From NCBI RefSeq assembly GCF_964355755.1, contig NC_092671.1, positions 24,626,070 to 24,690,069 of the forward strand: 64,000 nt of DNA. The letters are read 5' to 3'. Shown piece after piece: positions 38,289 through 53,844 of the stretch. The notes beneath the pieces are model-generated. The model saw nothing but the letters and a program-made list of their open reading frames with translations. It had not been told where the DNA came from and ran no database searches. This DNA is from Antedon mediterranea. Lineage: Eukaryota > Animalia > Echinodermata. Each line of letters opens with the position of its first letter. Within the stretch, counting starts at the first letter, position 1. The position numbers and the translations under genes are program-made.

Positions 38289-41200
38289 TAGTAGAGCAGT
38301 TAATGACATGAGCTGTGCATTTTATTACCAAAGCATGAAACTTGGCACAAAGTTTCTATAATGTATATAGATTCAAAATATCGGGGGGTGCCAAGTGTCC
38401 AACGTCCGGTATGGCGGCCATCTTGATTTCAAAATGGCCACCATAAAAACAAAAAATGTTCATATCTTGGCAACTACACACATTAGAGACTTAATTCTGG
38501 TCTCAAATTATTCACAAACTATATATTTCTATTTGCTCTAATGAAAATTTTCGTCCAAAAATGACCGGAAATGACGTTTCTTTCAGTTTGACCTTTGACC
38601 TCGTATTTGTATATCTTTGTAACTACTGGTCATTTTCAATCGATTTTGGTGTCATTTTGTTCAGAATAAATACATTTATATTTGTAGTAAGGAAACATTT
38701 TTACATAAAATGACCGGAAATACAATTTATGACCTTTGACATTTAATTATTGATTTTTAATTATGTGAATTATACTGTATGTGGTTTTTGGTGGTCTTAA
38801 ATGCACCTAATTTTGAACTTTGACCTGATAAGCGTAATTATATTAAGATTAATGGACTTAAATTGTATATAGTACATAAAATTGGTAAACATTGTGCTTG
38901 GTGGTACCATTAGTTCAATGATGTTGGCACCTTCTGATTCGCTAAAAGTTTTAATAGTTTGACAGAGGAAATAACATACATGTTATGGAATACCGTAAAA
39001 CCTCGAAAAGGTGATAGTATGAGCTTCTTTTCGAGATAGACTGTATTTGAATGTCAAATGAATAGTATGATGATCGTGTTTATATCAATATATTATTAAT
39101 GACCTTACAAAGAACCCTTTATATTTCAACAATCAAGCCTCAGTTATTCTACAATTTATTGTTTTCCAAGTGGCTGGTAGGCCTATTTTGATTGCATCTT
39201 CTTTTTGTAGGCCTATGCTTCCTCGGTAATATGGTCCTACCCCTCCTTCTTTGTCTGTAGATGGTCTTATACCCCATTCTTTGTCTGTGGATGGTCTTAT
39301 ACCTCTCTTCCTTGTCTGTGGATAGTCTTATACCCGCTTCTTTGTCTGTGGATGGTCTTATACCCGCTTCTTTGTCTGTGGATGGTCTTATACCCTCCTT
39401 CTTTGTCTGTGGATGGTCTTATACCCGCTTCTTTGTCTGTGGATGGTCTTACACCCCTTTCTTTGTATGTAGATGGTCTTACACCCCTTTCTTTGTATGT
39501 AGATGGTCTTACACCCCTTCTTTGTCTGTGGATGGTCCTACACCCCCTTCTTTGTCTGTGGATAGTCCTACACCCCCTTCTTTGTCTGTGGATGGTCTTA
39601 TACCCCCTTCTTTGTCTGTGGATGGTCTTATACCCCTTTCTTTGTCTGTGGACGGTCTTATACCCCCTTTTTTGTCTGTTGATGGTATTAAACCCCTTTC
39701 TTTGTCTGTTGATGGTATTACACCTCTTTCTATGTGTGTGGATGGTTTTACACCCCTTCTTTGTCTGTGGATGGTCTTACACCTCCTTCTCTCTCTGTGG
39801 ATGGTCTTATACCCCCTTCTTTGTCTGTGGATGGTCTTATACCCCCTTCTTTGTCTGTAGATGGTCTTATAATCCCTTCTTTGTGTGTGGATGGTCTTAC
39901 ACGCCCTTCTTTGTCTGTGGGTGGTCTTACATCCCCTTCTTTGTCTGTGGATTGTCCGACACCCCCTTCTTTGTCTGTAGATGGTCCTACATCACCTTCT
40001 TTGTCTGAGGATGGTCTTATACCCCCTTCTTTGTCTGTAAGTGGTCCTATACCCTTTCTTTGTCAGTGGGTGGTCTTACACCCCCTTCTTTGTCTGTGGA
40101 CGGTCCTAAACCCCTTCTTTGTCTGTGGACGGTCTTACACCCCTTTCTTTGTCTGTGGACGGTCTTACACCCCTTCTGTGCCTGTGGACGGTCTTATATC
40201 CCCTTCCTTGTCTGTTGATGGTATTACACCCCTTTCTTTGTCTGTGGATGGTCTTATACCCGCTTCTTTGTCTGTTGATGGTATTACACCCCTTTCTTTG
40301 TCTGTTGATGGTATTACACCTCTTTTTTTGTGTGTGGATGGTCTTACACCCCTTTCTTTGTGTGTGGATGGTCTTACACCCCTTTCTTTGTCTGTGGACG
40401 GTCCTACACCCCTTTTTTCTTTGTCTGTGGATGGTCTTACACCCCCTTCTTTGTCTGTGGATGGTCCTACACCCCCTTCTTTGTCTGTAGATGGCCTTAC
40501 ACCCCTTTCTTTGTGTGTGGATGGTCTTATACCCCCTTCTTTGTCTGTGGATGGTCTTACACCCCCTTCTTTGTCTGTGGATGGTCTTACACCCCTTCTT
40601 TGTCTGTGGATAGTCTTATACCCCCTTCTTTGTCTGTGGATGGTCTTATACCCCCTTCTTTGTCTGTGATGGTCTTATACCCCCTTCTTTGTCTGTGGAT
40701 GGTCTTACATCCCCTTCTTTGTCTGGACCCACTACTTTGATTGATTAAATCAGACATTGTTTCTTGTATGATTAGGAGACCAAGACCTTGAAAGTGAAAG
40801 TCCACAAGTGGATGCCTAAAAAGGTCTTGTACAGAACAGTATATTGTAGGTCCATGTCACTAATTTGAGAATTACTTGAATAATTATATTGAGATGTCTT
40901 TTACGAATTGATTTGGTTCGGATTTTGCTAAAAAATCAATGAGTAGAGAAAATCGAGGAAAAGGATTCAGATGGTTTACAGCAAAGGCCCATTACCATAA
41001 AAATGGAGTACATTTTTTTAGATGCAACGAAAATGAACAAGAATTATCTGAGTTTCTGACTAATGAAAGTAGGTCTACTGCACAAATGCAGGATAAGTTT
41101 GTAGTAAGTACTTTGAAAGACGGTATTCTCTTCTTAACTCATGAAAATGAAAACTTTCCGAACTTGTCTCATATGCAACATCAAAGAGGCCAACGAAAGA

Positions 41201-42025
41201 ATGCTACTTTACATCAAAAATATTTCCAAATGGCATCTAACAATTCAATTCAACTTTTATTTCAGACAATTGTCCATATGGTATAATACAGTGCAAAAAA
41301 AAAAGATGATGGAGAGAGGACCAAAACTTTTATCTAACGATTGACACATCACAGTTTAGCAAACAAGTCGGCATAGATGAGCTCAGTGATTGCTGTTTCT
41401 CAGTGATCTGTGTCATACTTTACGCCTATCCTATCACATCAAAAGTCAAAAATTCAGAATAATAATTCCTGGTCATTTTTGCAGTGTCATTTATTTCGTT
41501 AAAAAAAATTAGGTGCATTTATACCAATGTAAACCACATACAGTATGTTCACATATTATATATGTCAAAGGTTATAAATTGTATTTCCAGTCATTTTATG
41601 TGAAAATGTTTCATTACTACAAATATAAATGTCTCTATTCTGAACAAAATGACACCAAAATCGATTGAAAATGATCAGTAGTTACTGAGATATACAGATA
41701 AGAGGTCAAAGGTCAAACTGGGAGAAACGTCATTTCCGGTCATTTTTTGACGAAACTTTTCATTAGAGCAAATAGAAATATGTGGTTTGTGAACAATTTA
41801 ACACCAGAATCAAGTCTCTACTGTTTATAGTTGCCAAGATATTAACACTTTTTGTTTTTATGGTGGCCATTTTGAAATCAAGATGGCCGCCATACCAGAC
41901 GTTGGACACTTGGCACCCCCCGATATTTTTATTCTATATACATCAAAGAAACTTTGTGGAAAGTTTCATGCTTTGGTAATAAAGTGCACAACTTGGCTAT
42001 TTTTATGGCACTAACTGCTCTACTA
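38289..42025. mobile_element. Non-autonomous DNA transposon with ~525 bp imperfect TIRs and 3-bp TSD (Academ-like)
   Basis: Ends TAGTAGAGCAGTTA / TAACTGCTCTACTA; GTA duplicated relative to the empty site AAGAGTGTAGCAAAG at ~47751; inverted similarity runs to ~38814 / ~41507. The superfamily call is an inference. Confidence 0.88.
39230..40725. repeat. 30-bp minisatellite (CCCCTTCTTTGTCTGTGGATGGTCTTATAC), ~50 copies, inside the transposon
   Basis: Tandem units visible; explains the overlapping low-complexity ORFs. Confidence 0.95.
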
Positions 42026-42769
42026 GTAGCAAAGAAGGCAAAACAATTAGCAGCGAAGAAGGCAAAGAAACCAGTTGTAAAGAAGGCTACCAAATTCAAG
42101 TCACCCACGAAGTCTGAGAAAAATGAATCTAGGCCGAAAATGTCTATCAAGTCTCCTAAGAAGTCAAAGACAAATAAGCCTAAAAAGCCGAAAGTTAAAA
42201 AGGCATCAAAGAAGGTCGCCAAGAAGTGAATTACTGATAATTTCAAACCAAACGGCTCTTTTCAGAGCCACCATGTGTATAAAAGGGATTTATTTGCATT
42301 TTATTTCTTTAGTTTCCAAATCTTGTTTTTCACTTTGAATATTATATATTATCTCTATTATATTAACAATTACGTTTATAGAAAACTTTGTACAGATAGT
42401 TGTATTACCTTTTGATACTTATTTTACCGGTAGTACTGAAATTAAAGCGTCGTGTTTCTTTGTCGTGAACGAAACATCACTATTATATCAAAATAATAAC
42501 TAATAATTAAATTGAAATAATGACTCATAACATATTCTTCTTTTTTCCATAATTAACTGTGCTGTTGATTGAATATTTATACATATAAAAGAGTAGTCCT
42601 TTTATTTTGCAACAGATAAACAACGATGATTTTATTGACCCTTGCACTTACATTCCTTTTTGTTCAGTTTTATTCTTTACGATCATTGTATATATAATTT
42701 CGATGGTGGACGACTGACCCAATTTTTCTAGAGACATTTATGTTACTGACGAAATGCCAATTGACATAA

Positions 42770-43164
<395 letters not shown>

Positions 43165-43555
43165 ACTCGATGCTTTTGCAAAACAAAAGGCTCTTTTCAG
43201 AGCCACCAGTTGAACCAAAAAGAGATTTATTTGCTTTTCTTTAATTTTTTAATATGATTCAATAATTTCAAATAATCCATTGATTTTTCAGAAATGTATT
43301 TATTATTAAACCTATATAGGCCTATGTAAAATAAAAGTAGTAACGCGGTAATAATTGATTTAGCACGAATTTGGACAATTCCTCCCGCTTCTAAAAGTTA
43401 CGTAATAAGTAACATTTTCTTTATTTAAACAAATACATACGAAATAGCCGCGCCACATATGCCTTTGTTAACATAAAGAGTCACACGTCGTATAAAGAAA
43501 ACACGCCTCATATATAAATGTTTTGTTTTTTAGAAGTTCTATTAGAATAATACCT

Positions 43556-43669
43556 GAAGCGTACCTGGTCGGTCTTTTCGAAGACACGAACTTGTGTGCC
43601 ATTCACGCTAAACGTGTAACCATTATGCCCAAAGACATCCAATTAGCCCGTCGTCGAGAGCGTGCCTAA
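43556..43669 (+). pseudogene. H3: Histone H3 3' stub, copy 2
   Basis: Same breakpoint and 6-nt deletion as copy 1. Confidence 0.95.
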
Positions 43670-44827
43670 CACCGCTTCGTATCTTCATTTTCAAACCAAA
43701 AGGCTCTTTTCAGAGCCATTACTTGAACAAAATAGAAATAATATAGCAACATGTCTTTTTTTTATAACTATATATCATTCAATTGCTGCTATTATATATT
43801 TAAAGATGTATTTTTCCCCCAAAACATGAAAAATTAATTAAATCAGACTTTTAATATGTTATTTTGTAGTTTTAGTAAAAGTTAATCACTTTCGTAGAAA
43901 AAAATTTAAACAAAATAATGTTTCACTTATAAAATAACAAAATAAATGGTTAAATTCAATCTCCAAAACCTATTGGCTGGCAGCCAATTTGACCATTTTT
44001 TGCTTTAAATTACATTTTTTACAGGTAAATACATTTTGTTTTCGATTCAATTTTTGGTCAAAGTGGATAACTATTATGTTACATTAACATGACATATTCA
44101 ACAATAAATTTGTTAAGAATTATTTTTTCAGGGGGACAATACATCTTTAATAAATATAAACATAGAAGGAGCTTTCTCCATGTCATAAAGCTAAAAACAA
44201 GATATGAATTAGGCATGTTTTTGTATTATACCATACACTAAGATATACAAACAGTATTAAGTAATACTATTCCGACTTTAAAACTAAAATCTGTGTGTTA
44301 GATTTTGCTGATTATTTTTAGATTTCGTCATTCACTAAGTAGTTGGGTGGTATATGATTCATTTTCCATATCTAGTCTTTGTTACACAGTGCACATGGGT
44401 CGTTATGTGCAATGTTTTTATTATTTTTACAACGTACTACTAGACCTAAAAAATAAAATGAATATCATTTTCCACAGAGTACTATTTACACGACTGCGTG
44501 CTTCAACAAATATAAAAATACGCATGTTATTTGTTTTGTGAGAGAACATTTATTAAGTAGAATCGTACGGTTGGTTTTGCAATCGATAATATACATCAAA
44601 TTCATTCATTCATTTTAAAGTTTTTGTAATCTTACATTGTTAACTTGCACAGTTTTTCATGCTAGGCGTGGCCGAAACAAGTTAAATCCATGCGCATGGT
44701 CAACAGCCAATTGGACTACAATTGTACCCTCAGGAAGCCCTCATTTGCATATCTCCGTGTATAAGAAATAAGCTTGTTTAACAACCAGTCACTTCAATTT
44801 TCTCATCGTGCATTAAAATTGTGAAGC

Positions 44828-45197
<370 letters not shown>

Positions 45198-46321
45198 TCT
45201 CCATTTTGCTACTTCTCAAACCGAACGGTTCTCTTCAGAGCCACCACTTGTCTAAAAAGAGATTTATTTGCAATTCGTTTGTGTATTTGTCTTTTCTATT
45301 GCACTTGAATATAATAATTACTCATACTCCAAGGCTGTTAATAGCTTTTCTATGAAAGGTTTAATTTCCGTATAATCTTGAATTCGTTACTTGGTGCCTT
45401 CATTAATTGGAAATTGATGGATATCTTACTGCAATTTGTGTATGAGCAGTCAATTCTGTCATTTTCTTCTTCAGATAGAATATTCTAAATAATGCTACAT
45501 TCTTCCAGTATAATCTTTAATACACATCTGTATTTTCTGATATAGACAACAATTTCACAAGTCCATCAGCAAAATTGTATTCTATACATCTCCATACAAC
45601 CATTATGATTAAACACATGATGAGTTTGCCGGGCATCATTAACATGGAATTTTGACAATTATTCATAAAACAATATTACAAATAAAACAATTAGACATTT
45701 CTTTAAGGTCTTTTAAGCTTTAATTTTCTATTATATTTGTGCAATTCGCTATATGAATGTTTGTCTTAACCCGGACCTTCTGTTTAGATATATATTTTTT
45801 ATCTGTACTATATAGTCTGTTAATTTTTAACAAGTTGTAACTTGGTGTGATGTTGGTTATAGTCTTTTGTTTTTTAGTAGGAATGTACATTCCCATTTTT
45901 GTATTTCTCTTTTTTGTTGTTATATTTTGTTTCTTTGGACGCACCTTAACAAGTTGAAGTGTGCCACTAATAAAAAAAAAGTGCCGTGCCAATAAATTGT
46001 TATTATTAATTATATCGATGTACTTTACAAAGTTATATAAAGTCTAAACTAAAAACACCTTCGTAGAGCTACTGTCACTACCAAAAACTTTAATTCCCGA
46101 ATTATATATATATAATCAAAATAAAGAAAAAGAGTAACACACTAATCATTTTTATCTAGTCACGCCCTCCCTATGAATAAAGCGTTAACAATTATCGTTG
46201 GCGCCAAAGCCTGTGATTGGCCAATTCAATTATAGGTTTCTGAGAGGGTGTATTGAATAGACTATTCAAATCGTGGTAAATGTTAATTTGGTATCATTTT
46301 CGATATAGTATTCCGAAATAG

Positions 46322-46720
<399 letters not shown>

Positions 46721-47404
46721 ATCATCAAAGCAACCATAATTTATTTCAAACCAAACGGCTCTTTTCAGAGCCACCAAAATACAAAAAGAGACTTGATTTG
46801 TGATCTTTTCTTTATAAATGTTTATAATTGTATAATTTAGAATACCTGGCCTAAGTTAATAATATTATACAATACAAACATTTCGAAAATCGGTCTTAGG
46901 TTTTGATTCTACAAATTAATATTTTGCCATTAGGTATCACATATTCAGTATGTGTTTACGACAACTTTATTCAATTCATTTAACTATTAATTAATACTGC
47001 CTTTAAAACTAAAGGTTAGATACATATCCATCTATACGTTTTAATATTGGAATTGTTCAATATGGAATAAATGCTGTAATCAAAAACATAATTAGCCATT
47101 ATAAATATTTTTTTTTAAATCAAGAATTGAAAATTGTCAGTGCTTATTATATGTTCAATGAAACAGAATCATCTGAATTAGAACTCACATAATATAGAAA
47201 ACGAATGTTTTATAAAATGATTCAAAATAATGCTTTAAATGTGTATTTAAAGACAATAAAGAACACACTTTTATGAAACTAAAAAAGGCGACGAGATGTT
47301 TCGTCCATACACGTCCGCGATTGAGTAGATAAAAATGGGGTTCGTCGCTGCGTTGTATCACTCATCAACCAACTCAACTATTTGGAAAAGTTAAAAGCTA
47401 AGTT

Positions 47405-47958
47405 ATGGCTGACCAAACTAAAACTAAGAAGCTTGTTGTAGCCAAGAAGCCTGTTACTCACCCAACGTACATCGACATGGTAACGGCAGCAATTGGTACT
47501 TTAAAGGACAAAAACGGCTCATCTCGTCAGGCTATTGCCAAGTACATCCTAGCCAATTACAAAGTTAAACCCACTAAAATGAAAACTCATCTTCGTTTGG
47601 CTTTGAAACGTGGTGTCGAAAGTAACAAACTTGTTCAAGCAAAAGGTACAGGAGCCAGCGGTTCATTTAAACTGAACCAGGCTACAGCCAATGCAGCTGC
47701 CAAGGCAAAAATGGAAAGATCAGAGAAGAAAGCAGCTGCAGAGAAGGAAAAGAGTGTAGCAAAGAAGGCAAAACAATTAGCAGCGAAGAAGGCAAAGAAA
47801 CCAGTTGTAAAGAAGGCTACCAAATTCAAGTCACCCAAGAAGTCTGAGAAAAATGAATCTAGGCCGAAAATGTCTATCAAGTCTCTTAGAAGCCAAAGAC
47901 AAATAAGCCTAAAAAGCCGAAAGTTAAAAAGGCATCAAAGAAGGTCGCCAAGAAGTGA
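47405..47958 (+). pseudogene. H1: Histone H1 with a 1-bp deletion near 47887; the shifted frame reads through the stem-loop to 48067
   Basis: GTCTCTTAGAAGCC versus GTCTCCTAAGAAG in the other copies; native TGA 47956-47958 is out of frame; stem-loop 47983-47998. Confidence 0.88.
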
Positions 47959-48506
47959 ATTACTGCTAATTTCAAACCAAACGGCTCTTTTCAGAGCCAC
48001 CATGTGTATAAAAGGGATTTATTTGCATTTTATTTCTTTAGTTTCCAAATCTTGTTTTTCACTTTGAATATTATATATTATCTCTATTATATTAACAATT
48101 ACGTTTATAGAAAACTTTGTACAGATAGTTGTATTACCTTTTAATACTTATTTTACCGGTAGTGCTGAAATTAAAGCGTCGTGTTTCTTTGTCGTGAACG
48201 AAACATCACTATTATATCAAAATAATAATTAAATTGAAATAATGACTCATAACATATTCTTCTTTTTTCCATAATTAACTGTGCTGTTGATTGAATATTT
48301 ATACATATAAAAGAATAGTCCTTTTATTTAATATTATTTTATTTTGCAACAGATAAACAACGATGATTTTATTGACCCTTGCACTTACATTCCTTTTTGT
48401 TCAGTTTTATTCTTTACGATCATTGTATATATAATTTCGATGGTGGACGACTGACCCAATTTTTCTAGAGACATTTATGTTACTGACGAAATGCCAATTG
48501 ACATAA

Positions 48507-48902
<396 letters not shown>

Positions 48903-49290
48903 ACTCGATGCTTTTGAAAAACAAAAGGCTCTTTTCAGAGCCACCAGTTGAACCAAAAAGAGATGTATTTGCTTTTCTTTAATTTTTTAATATGATTCAA
49001 TAATTTCAAATAATCCATTGATTTTTCAGAAATGTATTTATTATTAAACCTATATAGGCCTATGTAAAATAAAAGTAGTAACGCGGTAATAATTGATTTA
49101 GCACGAATTCGGACGATTCCTCCCGCTTCTAAAAGTTACGTAATAAGTAACATTTTCTATATTTAAACAAATACATACGAAATAGCGCCACATATGCCTT
49201 TGTTAACATAGAGAGTCACACGTCGTATAAAGAAAACACGCCTCATATATAAATGTTTTGTTTTTTAGAAGTTCTATTAGAATAATACCT

Positions 49291-49404
49291 GAAGCGTACC
49301 TGGTCGGTCTTTTCGAAGACACGAACTTGTGTGCCATTCACGCTAAACGTGTAACCATTATGCCCAAAGACATCCAATTAGCCCGCCGTCGAGAGCGTGC
49401 CTAA
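49291..49404 (+). pseudogene. H3: Histone H3 3' stub, copy 3
   Basis: Same breakpoint and 6-nt deletion as copies 1 and 2. Confidence 0.95.
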
Positions 49405-50562
49405 CACCGCTTCGTATCTTCATTTTCAAACCAAAAGGCTCTTTTCAGAGCCACTACTTGAACAAAATAGAAATAATATAGCAAAATGTCTTTTTTTTTA
49501 TAACTATATATCATTCAATTGCTGCTATTATATATTTAAAGATGTATTTTTTCCCCAAAACATGAAAAAATAATTAAATCAGACTTTTAATATGTTATTT
49601 TGTAGTTTTAGTAAAGTTAATCACTTTCGTAGAAAAAATTGAAACAAAATAATGTTTCGCTTATAAAATAACAAAATAAGTGGTTAAATTCAATCTCCAA
49701 AACCTATTGGCTGGCAGCCAATTTGACCATTTTCTGCTTTAAATTACATTTTTTTCAGGTAAATACATTTTGTTTTCGATTCAATTTTTGGTCAAAGTGG
49801 ATAACTATTATGTTACATTAACATGACATATTCAACAATAAATTTGTTAAGAATTAGTTTTTTCAGGGAGACAATACATCTTTAATAAATATAAACATAG
49901 AAGGAGCTTTCTCCATGTCATAAAGCTAAAAACAAGATATGAATTAGGCATGTTTTTGTATTATACCATATACTAAGATATACAAACAGTATTAAGTAAT
50001 ACTATTCCGACTTTAAAACTAAAATCTGTGTGTTAGATTTTGCTGATTATTTTTAGATTTCGTCATTCACTAAGTAGTTGGGTGGTATATGATTAATTTT
50101 CCATATTTAGTCTTTGTTACACAGTGCACATGGGTCGTTATGTGCAATGTTTTTATTATTTTTACAACGTACTACTAGACCTAAAAAATAAAATGAATAT
50201 CATTTTCCACAGAGTACTATTTACACGACTGCGTGCTTCAACAAATATAAAAATACGCATGTTATTTGTTTTGTGGGAGAACATTTATTAAGTAGAATCG
50301 TACGGTTGGTTTTGCAATCGATAATATACATCAAATTCATTTATTCATTTTAAAGTTTTTGTAATCTTACATTGTTAACTTTCACAATTTTTCATGCTAG
50401 GCGTGGCCGAAACAAGTTAAATCCATGCGCATGGTCAACAGCCAATTGGACTACAATTGTACCCTCAGGAAGCCCTCATTTGCATATCTCCGTGTATAAG
50501 AAATAAGCTTGTTTAACAACCAGTCACTTCAATTTTCTCATCGTGCATTAAAATTGTGAAGC

Positions 50563-50931
50563 ATGCCACCAAAAACCTCAGGAAAAGCTGTTAAAAAAGC
50601 CGGTAAAGCTAAAGCCGTAAGAGCAACAGACAAGAAAAGAAAACGTAAGCGAAAAGAAAGCTACAGTATTTACATCTACAAGGTATTGAAGCAAGTTCAC
50701 CCGGACACTGGTATCTCAAGTAGAGCCATGGGAATCATGAACAGTTTCGTGAACGATATCTTCGGACGCATTGCTGGAGAAGCATCTCGTCTTGCTCACT
50801 ACAACAAGAAATCTACCATCACCAGCAGGGAAGTCCAGACCGCTGTCCGACTTTTGCTTCCCGGTGAATTGGCAAAACATGCCGTTTCTGAAGGTACCAA
50901 GGCAGTCACTAAATACACCAGCTCCAAGTAG
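50563..50931 (+). CDS. H2B: Histone H2B with E>G in DIFERI
   Basis: 122-aa ORF; stem-loop present, 3' flank changed to CCAC. Confidence 0.93.
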   Translation: MPPKTSGKAVKKAGKAKAVRATDKKRKRKRKESYSIYIYKVLKQVHPDTGISSRAMGIMNSFVNDIFGRIAGEASRLAHYNKKSTITSREVQTAVRLLLPGELAKHAVSEGTKAVTKYTSSK

Positions 50932-52057
50932 TCTCCATTTTGCTACTTCTCAAACCGAACGGTTCTTTTCAGAGCCCCCACTTGTCTAAAAAGAGATTTA
51001 TTTGCATTTCGTTTGTGTATTTGTCTTTTCTATTGCACTTGAATATAATAATTACTCATACTCCAAGGCTGTTAATAGCTTTTCTATGAAAGGTTTAATT
51101 TCCGTATAATCTTGAATTCGTTACTTGGTGCCTTCATTAATTGGAAATTGATGGATATCTTACTGCAATTTGTGTATGAGCAGTCAATTCTGTCATTTTC
51201 TTCTTCAGATAGAATATTCTAAATAATGCTACATTCTTCCAGTATAATCTTTAATACACATCTGTATTTTCTGATATAGACAACAATTTCACAAGTCCAT
51301 CAGCAAAATTGTATTCTATACATCTCCATACAACCATTATGATTAAACACATGATGAGTTTGCCGGGCATCATTAACATGGAATTTTGACAATTATTCAT
51401 AAACAATATTACAAATAAAACAATTAGACATTTCTTTAAGGTCTTTTAAGCTTTAATTTTCTATTATATTTGTGCAATTCGCTATATGAATGTTTGTCTT
51501 AACCCGGACCTTCTGTTTAGATATATATTTTTTGTCTGTACTATATAGTCTGTTAATTTTTAACAAGTTGTAACTTGGTGTGATGTTGGTTATAGTCTTT
51601 TGTTTTTTAGTAGGAATGTACATTCCCATTTTTGTATTTCTCTTTTTTATTGTTATATTTTGTTTCTTTGGACGCACCTTAACAAGTTGAAGTGTGCCAC
51701 TAATAAAAAAAAAAAGTGCCGTGCCAATAAATTATTATTATTAATTATATCGATGCACTTTACAAACTTATATAAAGTCTAAACTAAAAACACCTTCGTA
51801 GAGCTACTGTCACTACCTAAAACTTTAATTCCCCGAATTATATATATATAATCAAAATAAAGAAAAAGAGTAACACACTAATCATTTTTATCTAGTCACG
51901 CCCTCCCTATGAATAAAGCGTTAACAATTATCGTTGGCGCCAAAGCCTGTGATTGGCCAATTCAATTATAGGTTTCTGAGAGGGTGTATTGAATAGACTA
52001 TTTAAATCGTGGTAAATGTTAATTTGGTATAATTTTCGATATAGTATTCCGAAATAG

Positions 52058-52456
<399 letters not shown>

Positions 52457-52984
52457 ATCATCAAAGCAACCATATTTTATTTCAAACCAAACGGCTTTTT
52501 TCAGAGCCACCAAAATACAAAAAGAGACTTGATTTGTGATCTTTTCTTTATAAATGTTTATAATTGTATAATGTAAAATACCTGGCCTAAGTTAATAATA
52601 TTATACAAACATTTCGAAAATCGGTCGTAGGTTTTGATTCTACAAATTAATATTTTGCCATTAGGTATCACATATTCAGTATGCGTTTACGACAACTTTA
52701 TTCAATTCATTTAACTATTAATTAATACTGCCTTCAAATCTAAAGGTCAGATACATATCCATCTATACCTTTTAATATTAGAATTGTTCAATATGAAATA
52801 AATGCTGTAATCAAAAACATAATTAGCCATTACAAAATTTTTTTTTAAATCAAGAATTGAAAATTGTCAGTGCTTATTATATGTTCAATGAAACAGAATC
52901 ATCTGAATTAAAACTCACATAATATAGAAAACGAGTGTTTTATAAAATGATTCAAAATAATGCTTTAAATGTGTATTTAAAGAC

Positions 52985-53165
52985 AATAAAAAACACACTT
53001 TTATGAAACTAAAAAAGGCGACGAGATGTTTCTTCCATACACGTCCGCGATTGAGTAGATAAAAATGGGGTTAGTCGCTTCGTTGTATCACTCATCAACC
53101 AACTCAACTATTTGGAAAAGTTAAAAGCTCTTTTCAGAGCCACCAGTTGAACCAAAGAGATTTAT
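52985..53165 (+). pseudogene. 'Empty' histone gene: H1 promoter/5'UTR joined directly to the H4 3' stem-loop and downstream element
   Basis: TTTGGAAAAGTTAAAAGCT (H1 leader) continues as CTTTTCAGAGCCACCAGTTGAACCAAAGAGA (H4 3' end). Confidence 0.9.
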
Positions 53166-53552
53166 GGGCTTTTCTTTAATATAATTCAATAATTTCAAAT
53201 GATCCATTGATTTTTCAGAAATGTATTATATTGATTATTAAAATGTATAATAATGGAAAACCCTTTTAAAGATAAATAGTTACAAATAACAAACGTATTG
53301 TGGTAGCATTTACATTTTATGGTATTTTACTCTATATAGGCCTATGTAAAATAAAAGTATAGTAACGCGGTAATAATTGATTTAGCACGAATTCAGACGA
53401 TTCCCCCCGCTTCTAAAAGTTACGAAATGAGTGAAATTTTCTATACATACGAAATTACGCCACCTATGCCTTGCTGAACATAAAGCGTCACACATATAAG
53501 AAAATACGCCTCATATATAAATGTTTTTGTTTTTACAGTATAGAAACACAAT

Positions 53553-53836
53553 AATTCTAATTACTCTTTGGTAGGTAGATAAACTTTCATATGCACTTTG
53601 AGGTCCAGAGAATTTGACTTCAGAAATTGGTTTAGGATGGTCAAACAATCATTTTTGGCTTGGTTACACATTTTGAAAATTATAACCTTTCATCCTGACC
53701 TTTCGCCACATATTTAAAATGTGTAAGCAAGCCAAAAATAATTTTTTTAATACCCTAAACAAATTTCTAAAGTCAGATTCTCTGGACCTCAAAGTGCAAA
53801 GGAAAGTTGATCTAGCTACTAGAGTAATTAGAATAA
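53553..53836. mobile_element. Hairpin MITE-like element
   Basis: Long imperfect inverted arms, e.g. TGCACTTTGAGGTCCAGAGAAT / ATTCTCTGGACCTCAAAGTGCA. Confidence 0.75.
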
Positions 53837-53844
53837 CTTTCTTT

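Larger units (their letters stand above)
37935..42229 (+). pseudogene. H1: Histone H1 split by a 3.7 kb transposon (37935-38288 + 42029-42229 reconstructs 184 aa)
   Basis: Globular domain [12 protein letters not shown]...[11 protein letters not shown]; Lys/Ala tail and stem-loop resume after the insert. Confidence 0.95.

Noticed and set aside
39261-40740. Long SLSVDGL-repeat ORFs
   Set aside because: Frames of the 30-bp minisatellite, with frequent frame switches.
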